From Azolla caroliniana (Eukaryota > Plantae > Polypodiophyta), in NCBI GenBank assembly GCA_043228905.1, contig JBHGNT010000006.1:21328001-21392000 (forward strand): DNA of 64,000 nucleotides, given 5' to 3'. Under the pieces are notes generated by a model, which was not told the origin of the DNA, made no database searches, and saw nothing but the letters and a program-made list of their open reading frames with translations. Shown here piece by piece: positions 24,942-36,929 of this stretch. The translations under genes were made by a program, and so were the position numbers. Position 1 is the stretch's first letter. The number at the start of each line of letters is the position of its first letter.

Positions 24942-27460
24942 CATAGATTGTTCACCCCTACATCTATATAAATATCTCATGTGGATCGTGCCACAATAGG
25001 ATTCTTATGTCTATGATAGTTTTATAGGTTTTCTGTATCATTCAATCGAAAAATGACAAATGTTTTCATAAATTAATGGTCACAAATGAAATTTGTTTTA
25101 TTGAGTTTTTCAAGGCACTTGACATTGAACTAGTTGTTTTCTCGGCCATCAAGAGATAGGACTCTAAATTCATAGTTTATAACCATGTCTTGCAAAGTCT
25201 CTTCATCATAGTCTTGTTTTCTCACTCAATGTTTGTTTCCTTGCTATCTTTGTAATAGAAAACTCTATTAAAACCACGCAATTATCATCGCACAACTCTC
25301 AACTTGTTTCAGATGTTCCTATGTATTTGATAATCAAATACATGGTGGACCCCCAAACTTTCTATTCAAGAAAGGCATGATTTGCAAAGTAATAGAAAAC
25401 TCTATTAAAACCAATCAATGCAAACGTTTGGTAATGATAGAAGAAAGGGTACTATTGTTGTGTTTATAAGGGCATGCAACCAATAGTTTAGAGAAAGGTC
25501 ATCCTTAGTAAAATTCAAATCCAAACAAACTACTAAAACTGGACCATTTTAGTGATGCATATGTAGTTGTTAAGAGCTAGATTTTATCATTAAGTTTCCA
25601 TCTAAGAACCTTCTATGAGTAAAAATAATTGTATCCCCATATTAATTTAAAAAGTTATGAAGGATTATTTTATTATAATAATGGCGAATGATAGATTTGA
25701 CCCATCCAATAGAGACAATCTAATTGATAAGTGTAGGCCTAGGGTTAGCAACCCCTAAACAACCAGAAAAAGAGTTTTTGATTAGTTTATCAAATGAATT
25801 GTGAACTTGGATACATTGGATTTATACGATTATGAACATCGTCATTGAAAATTATGTTGACAATATTTCCAACGAATCACAATGTCTCAATAAAAAAACA
25901 AAATAATGCAAAATGCGAATGGCTATGCATTTTGCATGTTGAAGATGAATGATAAAATAAGATGTATTAGGTTGACCTTGGGATATAAACCACGTAAGCA
26001 TTTAGTATTCAAAAACAAAACATTGGATAGTGGATGAGGAATGGTATGGTTTATTGTTGTCCATTGGGAGATGATGATAAAGGTCTTATTAAAAGGTACG
26101 AGAAGGCTTCTTCAAATGGGTCGAATAAGCTCATGTTGTTATGACTAGTCACCTTGAGAAAAGAAGAAGATTCATCGTAAATTTGTTAGTAAAATAAATT
26201 CAAATGAGTACAACCATGAAAACCTTTATTGAGGAGCGCCAAAACACTTTGTCTTTTTCATTTTCGGAAGACTTAGAATCTTTTTTACTAGATGTCAAAT
26301 CCATTACTTTTGAAAGCCGCCTCATTACAAAAGTACTGTGGGAAGCATTAACCTTGGTAAACAACATAAGATGTTATACAATTTGGAACTCTCGAATGAA
26401 TATGCCCTCATATATAAAAGCTCTCTCAAACACGCAACCTATATGATGTAAATAGTGTTTTGGTCCAATCGGCCACATTACCTTCCATATATAGGTTTAT
26501 AAACCTTCTCTCTAATTGGTTTTTAAAGGTAATAATTAAGAACTATGTTTATATTCTTCAAATTTGCATGTCATATCATAGCATGTTTACATTAATAATT
26601 ACATTTTCGATGCCCTTGGAATATGCTTTGGATTGTGTTAGAACATGCTCACTATAGTTTGTCAAGTTTACTTACACTTATTACAGTCAACACTGTATAT
26701 CTTCAAACATATCATGAAAGTGGTTCATGTAGTAAGTGGAATTGCCAATAATTAAGATGTGCTTTGAAATAGGCAAAACACATTCTAAAACGTTGAAGCT
26801 TCTTTGTTCTCATATGTTGGCCCACATTTCATATTTATTGTTACCCTCCAAGTTCCGACCATGAGCATCATATGTAGCTCACATGCACTTGAATATAGAG
26901 ATGACCATATTGATGATATTGGCGAGCAAGTTCTTATAAAATAGAACAAGCTTGCCGCTTGGTGCCAATGTTCAATTATTTGCTATTTTTTGGAGTTCCA
27001 ATTCTAATTGATTCCAAAAGGGCATGCTTCCTCACTTTTGGGTAAGTCATCTCATATGAAAGAAATTTGCAAAACTAATAGCCACTTCGCTCAATAATTT
27101 CAGAAATAATAGCCACTTTTGCTCAATAGTTTCCGAAATAAAAGAATCTTAGGGATAACTTTGATAAGGAAACATGAATAATTGAAATCAATCCATATTG
27201 AACATTGAATATGACCCTTAATACATGCGCTCCCTCTAAGCTCCAACACATCATAGTCTAGGTGGATCCTCGATCATATATAGGATGATTAACCATGATA
27301 AAATTGTATAACAAGAAACTAGGGATATAAGAATTTCAACATAAATGAAATATACATCTAGCTCCGATTCATCTTGAAATTTGAATATGGAATGCACAAC
27401 AGTGTACAATTTAAGTTAAGTTGTATTGCAATATGTAAGTACAATAAGAAAATGTATGAT

Positions 27461-27968
27461 GCCGACTAAATTACAAGCATATGCAATTTTTTTTGTATAC
27501 ATAGAAAAATAGTGGATGCTTTTTCTAATACATGGAATGCTAGAAAACTAACTAAATTACAAGCCTATGCAAATGTTTTGTATACATAGAAAATGCTTTA
27601 ACTAATACATGGGATGCTAGAAAACCGGCTACATTACAAGCATATGCAAATATTTTGTATACAGAGAAAAATAGTGGATGCTTTTTATAATAAATGGGAT
27701 GCTAGAAACCGACTAAATTACAACCATGCGCAAATGTTTTGTATACATAGAAAAATAATGGATACATTTTCTAATACGTGGACGTGGGATGCTAGACACC
27801 GACTAAATTACAAGCATATGCAAATGTTTTGTATAAATAGAAAAATAATGGATACTATTTCTAATACATCGGATGTTAGAAACCGACTGAATTACATGCA
27901 TATGCAAATGTTCTGTATAGATAGAAAAATAGTGGATGCTTTTTCTAATACATGGGATGCTAGAAAAT
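27461..27968. repeat. Minisatellite, six copies of an ~84-bp unit
   Basis: Unit GATGCTAGAAACCGACTAAATTACAAGCATATGCAAATG...; successive spacings 86, 77, 84, 90 and 84 bp. Confidence 0.93.
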
Positions 27969-28179
27969 ATGTCGACTCGTTCAAAAATTGAAAACCTTTG
28001 GTTGAACAAATTGTAAGGCCTAAATTTGGTTAAATATTTCTTAGGTTTCATAATGTTTATTTTGATTTGAATTGCTCCGCATCACAAGTTGGTTAAATTG
28101 AATAAAGTCTAACGAGCCAAGTCTCCTTATTAAATGAACGTGGGATAATGCTAGTGGTATATGTATACATGAAATTATT

Positions 28180-28490
28180 GGTCAAATGATTACATGTTGC
28201 CATGTCATTCATGCGGAAGAAGTAAGGAAAAAGAAAAGGTGCCTCTGGGATTAGACGAAATTTTTGAACGAAAAATTGGCCCTCTTGAGAGATGCCATGT
28301 TGATCTAAGTGAGAAATACCGAGGATCGCGTCGAGAATTTCGCTAAGCAACTTTTAACGAAATTCAACGCCAACATTGTAGATGAGCTCATGGAAAGGGG
28401 TTGTTGACTTTATATTCTACAACCAATTACCCCAAGACTTAGCTCTTTATTTCTCTCTTTGTAAACGCACATCATCTACATATATAAATA
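28180..28490 (+). promoter_or_regulatory. Proximal promoter of the U-box gene: W-boxes and TATA box
   Basis: TTGACC (-) at 28180-28185, TTGACT at 28404-28409, TATATAAATA at 28481-28490, about 160 bp before the ATG. Confidence 0.5.
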
Positions 28491-28646
28491 CCCAATACAT
28501 ACACACCAATGAAATGATTCAATTGATTCGTTCATACACCATTCTTCACACAAACTCCATACAAAATTTCTATCAAATTCATTCTAGTTCCAACACACCA
28601 GAAGCCTCAATATATTGTTTGAGGCCATCTTTCAATCCAAATAGCT

Positions 28647-30170
28647 ATGGTTTTCTTACCAAGGTCCCCTCATATATCCCTAGGGACTCTCGAAGTTCAG
28701 GCCCCCGTGCCGACCTACTTCGTGTGCCCGATCTCGCTCGACCTCATGCTGGACCCGGTCACCCTCACCTCAGGCCAGACGTTTGATCGCACATCCATCG
28801 AGAAATGGCTCGATGACGGCCATCGGACATGTCCGGTCACTAGGCTCCCCATTGATGCAGAAGAGGATCTAATCCCTAACCATGTCTTGCGCCGCCTTAT
28901 ACAGACATGGTGTGAGGAGAATGAGAGCTTAGGGATCCAACGGATAGTGACACCCCGCCAACCCCCGTGCACGGCCCGAGACATCCCCATTCTACTGGAT
29001 CAAGTCACGGATGATGGCTACAATGGCATTTTGGGCGGTAAAATTGGTGGCAGTTATGACACGGCATACACGGTTGATACTCTCGATGCGTTGCGGCGTT
29101 TGAATTCGGCCCTCGTATCGCGGCCCGGGCTGCGTCGATTCTTTATGCAAGCTGGTGCCATCACGCGCTTGGGCTGCCTCCTCTCGAGATCCATCGCCAC
29201 CATAACTACAATGCCCGGATCGATCGCCATGGCAAATCTACAAACCCTACTCCCTGGCGATAATGTTTCTCATCTCGGTAGTAATAACTCGGGCATGGCG
29301 AGCTCTCTCGTGATTGGCAAGATCGAGGAAACTCTCCGGCTTCTTGTGACTCTCATGACTAGCGAGGAGACAACCACGGAACCAAACTCTTCATCTTTGT
29401 CCATGACGGCATGGCGATGTGATCCGGGACACGAGGATGAGGTAGCCTACACATTGGCGTCCATGGTCGCGAAATGGCGGCCATGTAGCATGGACACCAA
29501 GTACAACGCGGCCATCGTACTTAGCCGAATGAAGGTATCCGACATAGGCAAACACCAGAATGTCATATCCGAAGTGGAGGGGTTCATCCCGAGCTTGGTC
29601 GATATGATCCGAGAAGGGTCGGGACACATGGCGCAAAAGCACACGCATGTCGCGATGAAGCTGCTCATCATCATGGCACAAAACGGCACAGGAAAGGCGG
29701 ATCGCAACACGCGAGCCGCAAGAGGTGCCACGGTGGCTGCTGGTGCGATCGATGCGATCGCGGAGTCATTAGATATCAACAACATGTGCATGCCCGATCA
29801 TGTGAGGAGCAAGAAGATGGGGATTGAATTAGGGTTACGAGTGGTGGAGATTTTGTGCCGAAGTGGGGAGGGGCGGGCAGCTGCAGTGGCATGTCCTCGG
29901 CTGCTCGGGATCCTGGTCCATTGCATGGGCTCTTCGAGTTATAGTGTCGGGGTCACAAAGCTTTCGATCAGAATCCTATCATTGATGCTTCTCAAGCAAT
30001 CATCACCGCCTGAATCTCACGATCTCATGATCCAAACCTCGGTGGAGCTCGGGGTATTCTCAAAAGCCATGAATGTTGCATCTCGCTTCCCGCCTTCCTC
30101 GAAAACCCGTATCGCTGCCCTCAAGATCGCTAAATCGCTCAGCCACTTCGTCCCTTCCTTTCTTCTATAA
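28647..30170 (+). CDS. Plant U-box (PUB) E3 ubiquitin ligase with ARM-like C-terminus, intronless, resembling the PUB20-26/CMPG1-type group
   Basis: 507-aa open ORF. U-box VPTYFVCPISLDLMLDPVTLTSGQTFDRTSIEKWL...TCPVT...LIPNHVLRRLIQTW; ARM-like VAAGAIDAIAESL and VEILCRSGEGRAA; GC-rich island in AT-rich flanks. Confidence 0.93.
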   Translation: MVFLPRSPHISLGTLEVQAPVPTYFVCPISLDLMLDPVTLTSGQTFDRTSIEKWLDDGHRTCPVTRLPIDAEEDLIPNHVLRRLIQTWCEENESLGIQRIVTPRQPPCTARDIPILLDQVTDDGYNGILGGKIGGSYDTAYTVDTLDALRRLNSALVSRPGLRRFFMQAGAITRLGCLLSRSIATITTMPGSIAMANLQTLLPGDNVSHLGSNNSGMASSLVIGKIEETLRLLVTLMTSEETTTEPNSSSLSMTAWRCDPGHEDEVAYTLASMVAKWRPCSMDTKYNAAIVLSRMKVSDIGKHQNVISEVEGFIPSLVDMIREGSGHMAQKHTHVAMKLLIIMAQNGTGKADRNTRAARGATVAAGAIDAIAESLDINNMCMPDHVRSKKMGIELGLRVVEILCRSGEGRAAAVACPRLLGILVHCMGSSSYSVGVTKLSIRILSLMLLKQSSPPESHDLMIQTSVELGVFSKAMNVASRFPPSSKTRIAALKIAKSLSHFVPSFLL

Positions 30171-31974
30171 CATACCATCAATTCATCCATCTTCCATCAT
30201 CATAATCCACCTTCACCTTCACAACACATATGATCTATCCATTCACTCATATTCAAAGCCCTAGAATTACATGATTCATTTTCTTTTTCCAATTCTTTTT
30301 GCTATCCCCAAAGTGTACATACAATTTTGATTCATGTGATGTTCTTAATTGAGGATTTGCCAAAGCCATATTACCGTGACTAAGATGTGTTGTTTTATGT
30401 CTCTTGCTTTTTACAAGTCATTAACTAACTAGTGGTTAAGATGCTTAAATGGCTCTCTCAAAGCTAGTTTCATGGGGTTGGAAACCGTCTTTGCCATTAA
30501 TTAAGGTTTGCGTTGACCCCATGCTTGCCATTTTCTTGGAAAACCTCTTGAAAACATTGTGTTTTGTAGTGTACTTATCATTTTCTTCAAAAGTAGTTCT
30601 CTTGAACCCGTTGTGTTTTGTGTTGTTCTATCTGTGTCACCAAATAATAGTTCATGAAAACTTTGTGATTTAGTGTCTTGTCATCTTTGTTTCGATAGGT
30701 TCTCAAAATCATGCGCTCGTAGAATTCCCATCTTGTTCGACTTGATGCGCTAGAATGCCTTTGCGAAGGTAGATATTACTTTGGACCCTATCTCCAATTT
30801 TATTCTTCGAATCAAAGCACTTCCTTACACTATAACATTCATAATATTCCCAATATTGATCATTTTGAGCCCTCTAGATCTCTATCCTTTCCATAAGAAG
30901 ACAATATTACTTTATCTATTTCTACAATTTTTCCTCGCCTTCTCCATGTTCTTAATCACCTATTCAACACAATTCTGAACATAACATCTATGGTACCACT
31001 ATTGATCATACATAGACATTTCCTCCTCGATAATGTGAATTGCATAACTAACACCACAATGTTATGCTCTTTAGTGACCCAATGCCTCATTTCATGTCTT
31101 ACTTTCACATTGCTATGTGGGTTGCATTGTTGTTGTGACTCGGGTTTGCAACATTGACATGGATTGTGGAAATTGTCCATCAATATCTCTACATTTGAAA
31201 ATAGTGTAAATCGAGGAAAAATCAAACTTAGGGTTGCGAAGAATATGGATATATGTTTGACACTACTACTTCTCTATGGGGTTAAAGTAAGGCATGCAAA
31301 CATTATTAAGTCTAGTTGGAAAGAGTTTGAAATTTTCCATAATTTGCAGCGAAAATAGTAGATACAGAAATCATATAAGTCTTCCATATGTTGAGGTCAT
31401 ATTACTTCAAACCAAAAAATATGGACATGGAGAGGTTGTGGAATTCATTTTTAAGGATTAAAATATACCTTGCATGTCAATTGTATACTACAAAAGACAA
31501 TTAAATCAAACACACAAGTCTAAGATAGATGGATAGTGGTTCAAAAAATGGGATTACTAACCGTTCCTTCAAGTTGAATCAATAAACAAATTACTAAATA
31601 AGGGTTTTTTGCACCATTTATGTATCTTAGCTGGAGAGAGAGATGGGGCTTCATACATTATATTACAAATGTTGCACCAAATTATAAAGTTATCTTATTC
31701 CCTAAATGGGCAAACCACACTCAAATATGCTAGAGGCCATCCTCTATTCCTCTATTGACACCATGTCATCCCAACAAGTTTGCCCAATATATGAGTTTGC
31801 TTTCCCCATATATTTAAATGTGTCGAATGCCTTAGGCATTTCGTTCTCTATCACAATGTGCACTCTTAATCACAATATTTTATTCATAGATTTCTTGAGC
31901 ATCTAGAATTCCTTACTACATCAACATACATTTTGTGAAAATGTTTAGATTTTGTCAAATTAGGTTGACATCTT

Positions 31975-32187
31975 TGTTTCTCTCCCCCCCCCCTTTGTGT
32001 GTGTGTATGTTACAAGTATAAGATGATGCTAAATGAATGAGAAAAAATCAACCAAGTGACCTGATTAGCAAGACAACCAAACGAGTGAACTAGGGACACA
32101 AGTGAGAAACTCAAACAATTGTCAACTATGTCAAGGTGCATACTGCTAAGAGTGCATCTATTGTTCGACAAAGTTCTAACTCCACGT
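31975..32187 (+). repeat. Dispersed repeat copy, homologous to about 44015-44222, cut by a gypsy insertion
   Basis: Shared (TG)n-TTACAA.TATAAGATGA.GCTAAATGAATGAG...AAAGTTCTA.CTCCACGT. Confidence 0.8.
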
Positions 32188-35100
32188 TGTCGTGGATATC
32201 CACGTGTACGTGTCAGATCGGGTGGGGCCACGAGGGTCTTGGACTAGGGAGTTGGGATGAGTGGTTGCGAAGCTTGTAGTTTTCTAGCCGGCTCGGTTGC
32301 CAGGGACCTTTACGGAGCACACGGGCTTGTAGAACCTGTATCCGACCCGGCACCGTCGCCGGATTCCAAAATAATGGAGGCATGGGCTCTCAAACACAAC
32401 AAGTAAACGTAGAACGGAGGAGGAGAGAAACGACGTCTCCTCGGAAACAACAGAAAGTATCTGGATACAACAAACTCGGTAAATAATAATCAACAAGAAT
32501 ACAAAGAACGGCCGCCAGTTGGGAAAGAGAGTCACGAGCTCAACAAAACACACACGCAGACACAAATGAGCCTTTGGTCAGGAGCACACGAGCTTCCTAC
32601 ACGAGTAGAGGCCTCACCCTCGCTAACCGAATCTACACAAAATAGAAAACCCACAACTCGGAGTACAAATCGACAACATCTTCTACTCCCAAAACGATGG
32701 ATCCTTGTAAAAGTCTTCCTCCCCTCCTTTGATAGTCCAAGGAGGGTCAGTTATGTCACCATTTATGAAAGCCACTTCTATTAGCCATTCTCTTCCCCGA
32801 TTTCCTTCCATCACATCCTATTATTCCCCTCTTTTTGTGGGATAATAAAGTACCTATCTAAATCACATTGTCTTGTACTTATTATACACTACTTATTTAC
32901 ATCTGTTTTTATACATAAGACTCTTTTTATGTGCATCCGTGCACACCCCCGTTCACACGCAGTCGGAGAGCTTTTCTCCCCTTTGTCGAACTCCTCCAGG
33001 ATATCCACCCCCACCAAACCGCACATCCTCTGACATGTGCCGGCTAACAAAGCAATGGAGATTCTGGTTCTAGCCCTTACTTGTCTTCCTCCGAACCATC
33101 GCTAGTTAGGTCCTTGTCCGGCTCCCCGTGATTGTCGACATCCTCGCCCTCAACCTCTAGGTCTAATTCTGCCTCATGTCGCTTCTTGAAGGCCTTGATC
33201 CACTTCCCCACAACCGTTACTGCTACCCTCGTCCAACCGAGCTCCGAGAGGTTATATGTGGCATTGTCATTGGCGCTCGTCACCCCATACGGCTCGAACC
33301 ACCTTCTGGCGAACTTCCACTTTGACCAGTGATGGTTGTTGAGGCTATTGTCATAGAACAACACCTAGTCAGCTTCTTCTATCTTCCTCAGTCGTAGTCG
33401 GTGCGTTCGGTCAAACCATTCCTTACTCTTCAGTCTCGCTTCCTTCACCTTCGCCTTCACTCGCTCTGTCCTCCAGCCTTCTCCCGAGTTGTCGGATCCT
33501 CGCTGCTAGCAACTCCTCCTAACTCATCTCGTCTGCCTAATCCACTGCCATCCATGAAGCGATCATTTGTTCCATCGACATGATCGGCTTCTGTCTGAAC
33601 ATGAGCTCGGCCGGCATATACCCTGTTACCGACCTTTGCATAGTCTGGTTGGCCCATAATGCATAAGGCAAGAGTCACGACCAATTCTCGACTTGTCCGT
33701 TACACGCACGTACAATGGCCTTCACGATCGGTCCATGCCCTCGCTCGAACTTCCCGTTTGCCTCTGGATTGTATGTTGTTGTGAGAGAGAGCTTGACTCC
33801 TAGTCGGTCGAACAACTCAGCTTCATGCGTGTCTAACTCCTCGGCTTCATCCATATTTGCAGATCACGTCTCTTATTAGGAACCGGCATACGGTTATGGT
33901 TGTTTTGCTCGTTAAGGCCCGTGCTTCCACCTAGTTCATTAGGTCCTCCCTCGCCAGCTCCAGGTACCTCATATGACATACCCCCATCGACATCGTCACC
34001 AAGTCAACCATCCACTTGAAGTGAATTGTTGGAAGGTAGGTCAGATGCAACTCATTGTGGTGTCTGATTCCGAAATGTACTTGCCAACTTTTCCATGTTG
34101 TCACAAAATGGTGCACGTCATTGTACATTCCCGGCCACCAGTATTTCTCCTTGAGCTTTTCTAACGTGGCCCACGTTCCCCGATGTCCGGACCAGGGACT
34201 CTCATGAAATTCGGTCAACAACACCGACTGGTCCTCCTTCTACGTCACCACTCGGAGCAGTGAACCATTTTCCTTCATTGGGGGTGTGTCCGTGACAGGT
34301 ATCGCCATATTACTCCGCCTTGTGGGAAGAATTTGTATGCCTTCTTCCGGATTCGACCAACCTCTTCCTTCGTCCGTGATGCCTCCGCCGTCATCGCGCT
34401 TAAGAACCTCCCAATTAGGAGCTACTCCCCAACGTAATCGTTCTCGTTGAACTTGTATAGGGTCAGAGTGCTCTGTTTGTTCGTCGTCAGCCAAGCCAAT
34501 TCAAAGAAGTCCACGCCGACTTCTTCAACCTCCGATACCATGTTGTCTTCTCCTTCGAACCATACTCTTAATAGCATATCGGCGATGGCGTTGTCTTTCC
34601 CGGAAATGTGTCGGAGTTCTGGGTTCAAGAACTTGATGTACACAATTCACCTAAGCATCTCTAGGTCCGGAGTCGCGCATCCAGATACCATCCCGAGAAT
34701 CGGGAGATATATAGTCCATCTCTATTATAACCTCCATCCCGATCGGATAATCTTTATTGGCCTTCACCACCAAAATGATACCCCATAGTTCTCGCTTGAC
34801 CTGGGCATATCCTCCCTATCGCTCGCTCAACACCTTTGGCCTGAATCAGATGACAACTCTTGTTTTGCCTTCATCCTCTTGGTTGATTATCCACCCAATT
34901 CAGGTCGGACTCGTGTCGACTGTCACATAAATTGGGGAATCCTTCAAATAGACTTCCTTCTAGAGAGCTGGTGTCGTCGTTAGCATCCTCCTTCAGTCTT
35001 TGCATCGCCTCCATGTGCTCGTCTCCCCACTCGAACTTCCACCCCGTCTTTAGTAAGCCATGAGGTGGCTCGACAATATGCGCGTAGTGGGGAATCCAGA

Positions 35101-36926
35101 TGTGGTAGAAGGCACATGCCCATAGGAACAGTTGAACCTCCATGGTCGACCTGCATACTTCCTTCATTGCCGAGATGACGTCTACCTTAGCCAGAGACGA
35201 TTTTCGACCGTAGGGCCTACACAGATGACCGACCACCAGGATCTCTGACTGCTCGAATGCTAACTTATCTCTCGAGAAGGTAAGTTGCACACCTTCCAGC
35301 CTCTACGGTATCCTCTCACAATCGGAGTTGTGGTCCATCATGAATTTCCGACACTTGTATTCCTTGACTGTATCGTCCTTTTGGTCCTCTAGACACACTT
35401 TTATCGGGATGTTGCCCAGGAACGGCATGGTGATGTGTTAGATGCAATCCCTCAATACTTTATTCATTTCATTCACCATGCATGCCACCAAATTCATTCC
35501 TCCCTATGGTAGGGTACACATCCGAACTAAGTCGAGAGGGGTCCGCATTGTCGTGATGTCCTTGCTTTCGACGGCTAGTTTGAACTGGTTGTACCCTATG
35601 TACAAGTCATCGAAAGAGTAGATCGACCTTCTGGAGAAGGCCTCTGCGAACTCATCGTTGGTTGGTCGTACCCTTGCATTTCAGATTGTCACTTAGTTGA
35701 TTGGTTGCAGGTCTTGTATGAAGCACAACATGCCGTTCTTCTTGGGCACTGTGAAAAACCGATTAGAATATCGGGCACTCGACGGGTCAAGGATCCCTAT
35801 CTCGACCTTCTCCTTGAGCAACTCCATCAACTTCGGGATTTGAGCTCTCAGTACTAGAATCGGTTTTAGGTTCCACGGTACATGCGGTACTGTGAATATC
35901 ACCATGGGTTCGACGCTAGCCCTTCTGTGACTTTCAATCATCCTTTGAAATTGGTTCTCCTCCGTGGGAAGTAGGAAGCCACCCCCACTGATCTTGAGCT
36001 TCCATTGCGTCTCCTTGGTGAATCGGTGTTCTATACCGTGTGGATCTCATAAACTCGGGTCGTTTGGGACCCCTTTTATCCGTTCCCAGTTGTCCTTTGG
36101 TAAGGGCTTCGCGATTGGCCTCACCTCTAGTCCACAATCTTGTACTTGGTGTCTATGTGGGTGGTCCAATCTGCGTCGACCATCCGTCTAAACTCCGCTA
36201 TCTCCTCGTACATGTTGATCGAGTTGACCGGTGTTGTCCGGTCTTGGTTTAGGCCATCCTCGATTACCCTCTCAATCTCCCAGAGGGTACCATCGAATGA
36301 AACCGCCTCCATGACGTGGTTGATAGTGTTGCCGGGTCCCAAGGCTCCGCATCCCTTCAAGCGCCTCTCAACTTGTCGTTTTTCCCGACTGACGATTTCG
36401 ACTGTTGTACAACCTCCGTTGTTGCAGAGCCAAAATTTCCGGCCTATTGTACTAGTGTGAGGTTTCATCCGGTTGTCCGAACTATCGTGGCCCCACGCCT
36501 TGATCGCCCTCTTCAAAAATCCTCTCAGCCTTCGCCAACAAGTGAGTCCTGGTTCCGCTTGTGGTTCGGCCAAACCGTCACGAACTGCATGGAGTGCCAA
36601 TTGTCCTGGCTCTTAACCCTGGCATATGTTGAACCTTTGTCCAACACCTTCATTTCCATACGAGTTGTCGTGATGTAGGGCTCCCCCAAGATTACCGAAT
36701 GTGAGGACGACTCTTGCACGAAGAAGTGTTGGTTGATTTCCACATCACCGACCTCCACCCGGACATTCGGACATGCACCATAGAGTTCTTCATTGGCGTG
36801 AGTCACCACACATATCTTCCACCCGTGTGTGGTATTGATCAGCCACTTTCCTTTCTTGTAGAAATCCATCGACATCAAATTTATCTCTAATCTGTGGTCG
36901 ATCAATGCCACCACCAGTTCCTTCAC
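32188..36926 (-). mobile_element. Gypsy (TGTC...GACA family): 3' LTR 32188-33003, PPT, INT, RNaseH, RT, protease; 5' end missing
   Basis: PPT TCCACCCCCACCAAACC after 33003; ORFs 33077-33364, 33931-34224, 34871-35290, 35693-35941 and 36525-36926 are homologous to the host gypsy at 1.7-11.7 kb. Confidence 0.9.
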
Positions 36927-36929
36927 ATC

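Noticed and set aside
28382-28786. ORF overlapping the PUB start
   Set aside because: Begins upstream of the likely TATA box and has no coding signature.
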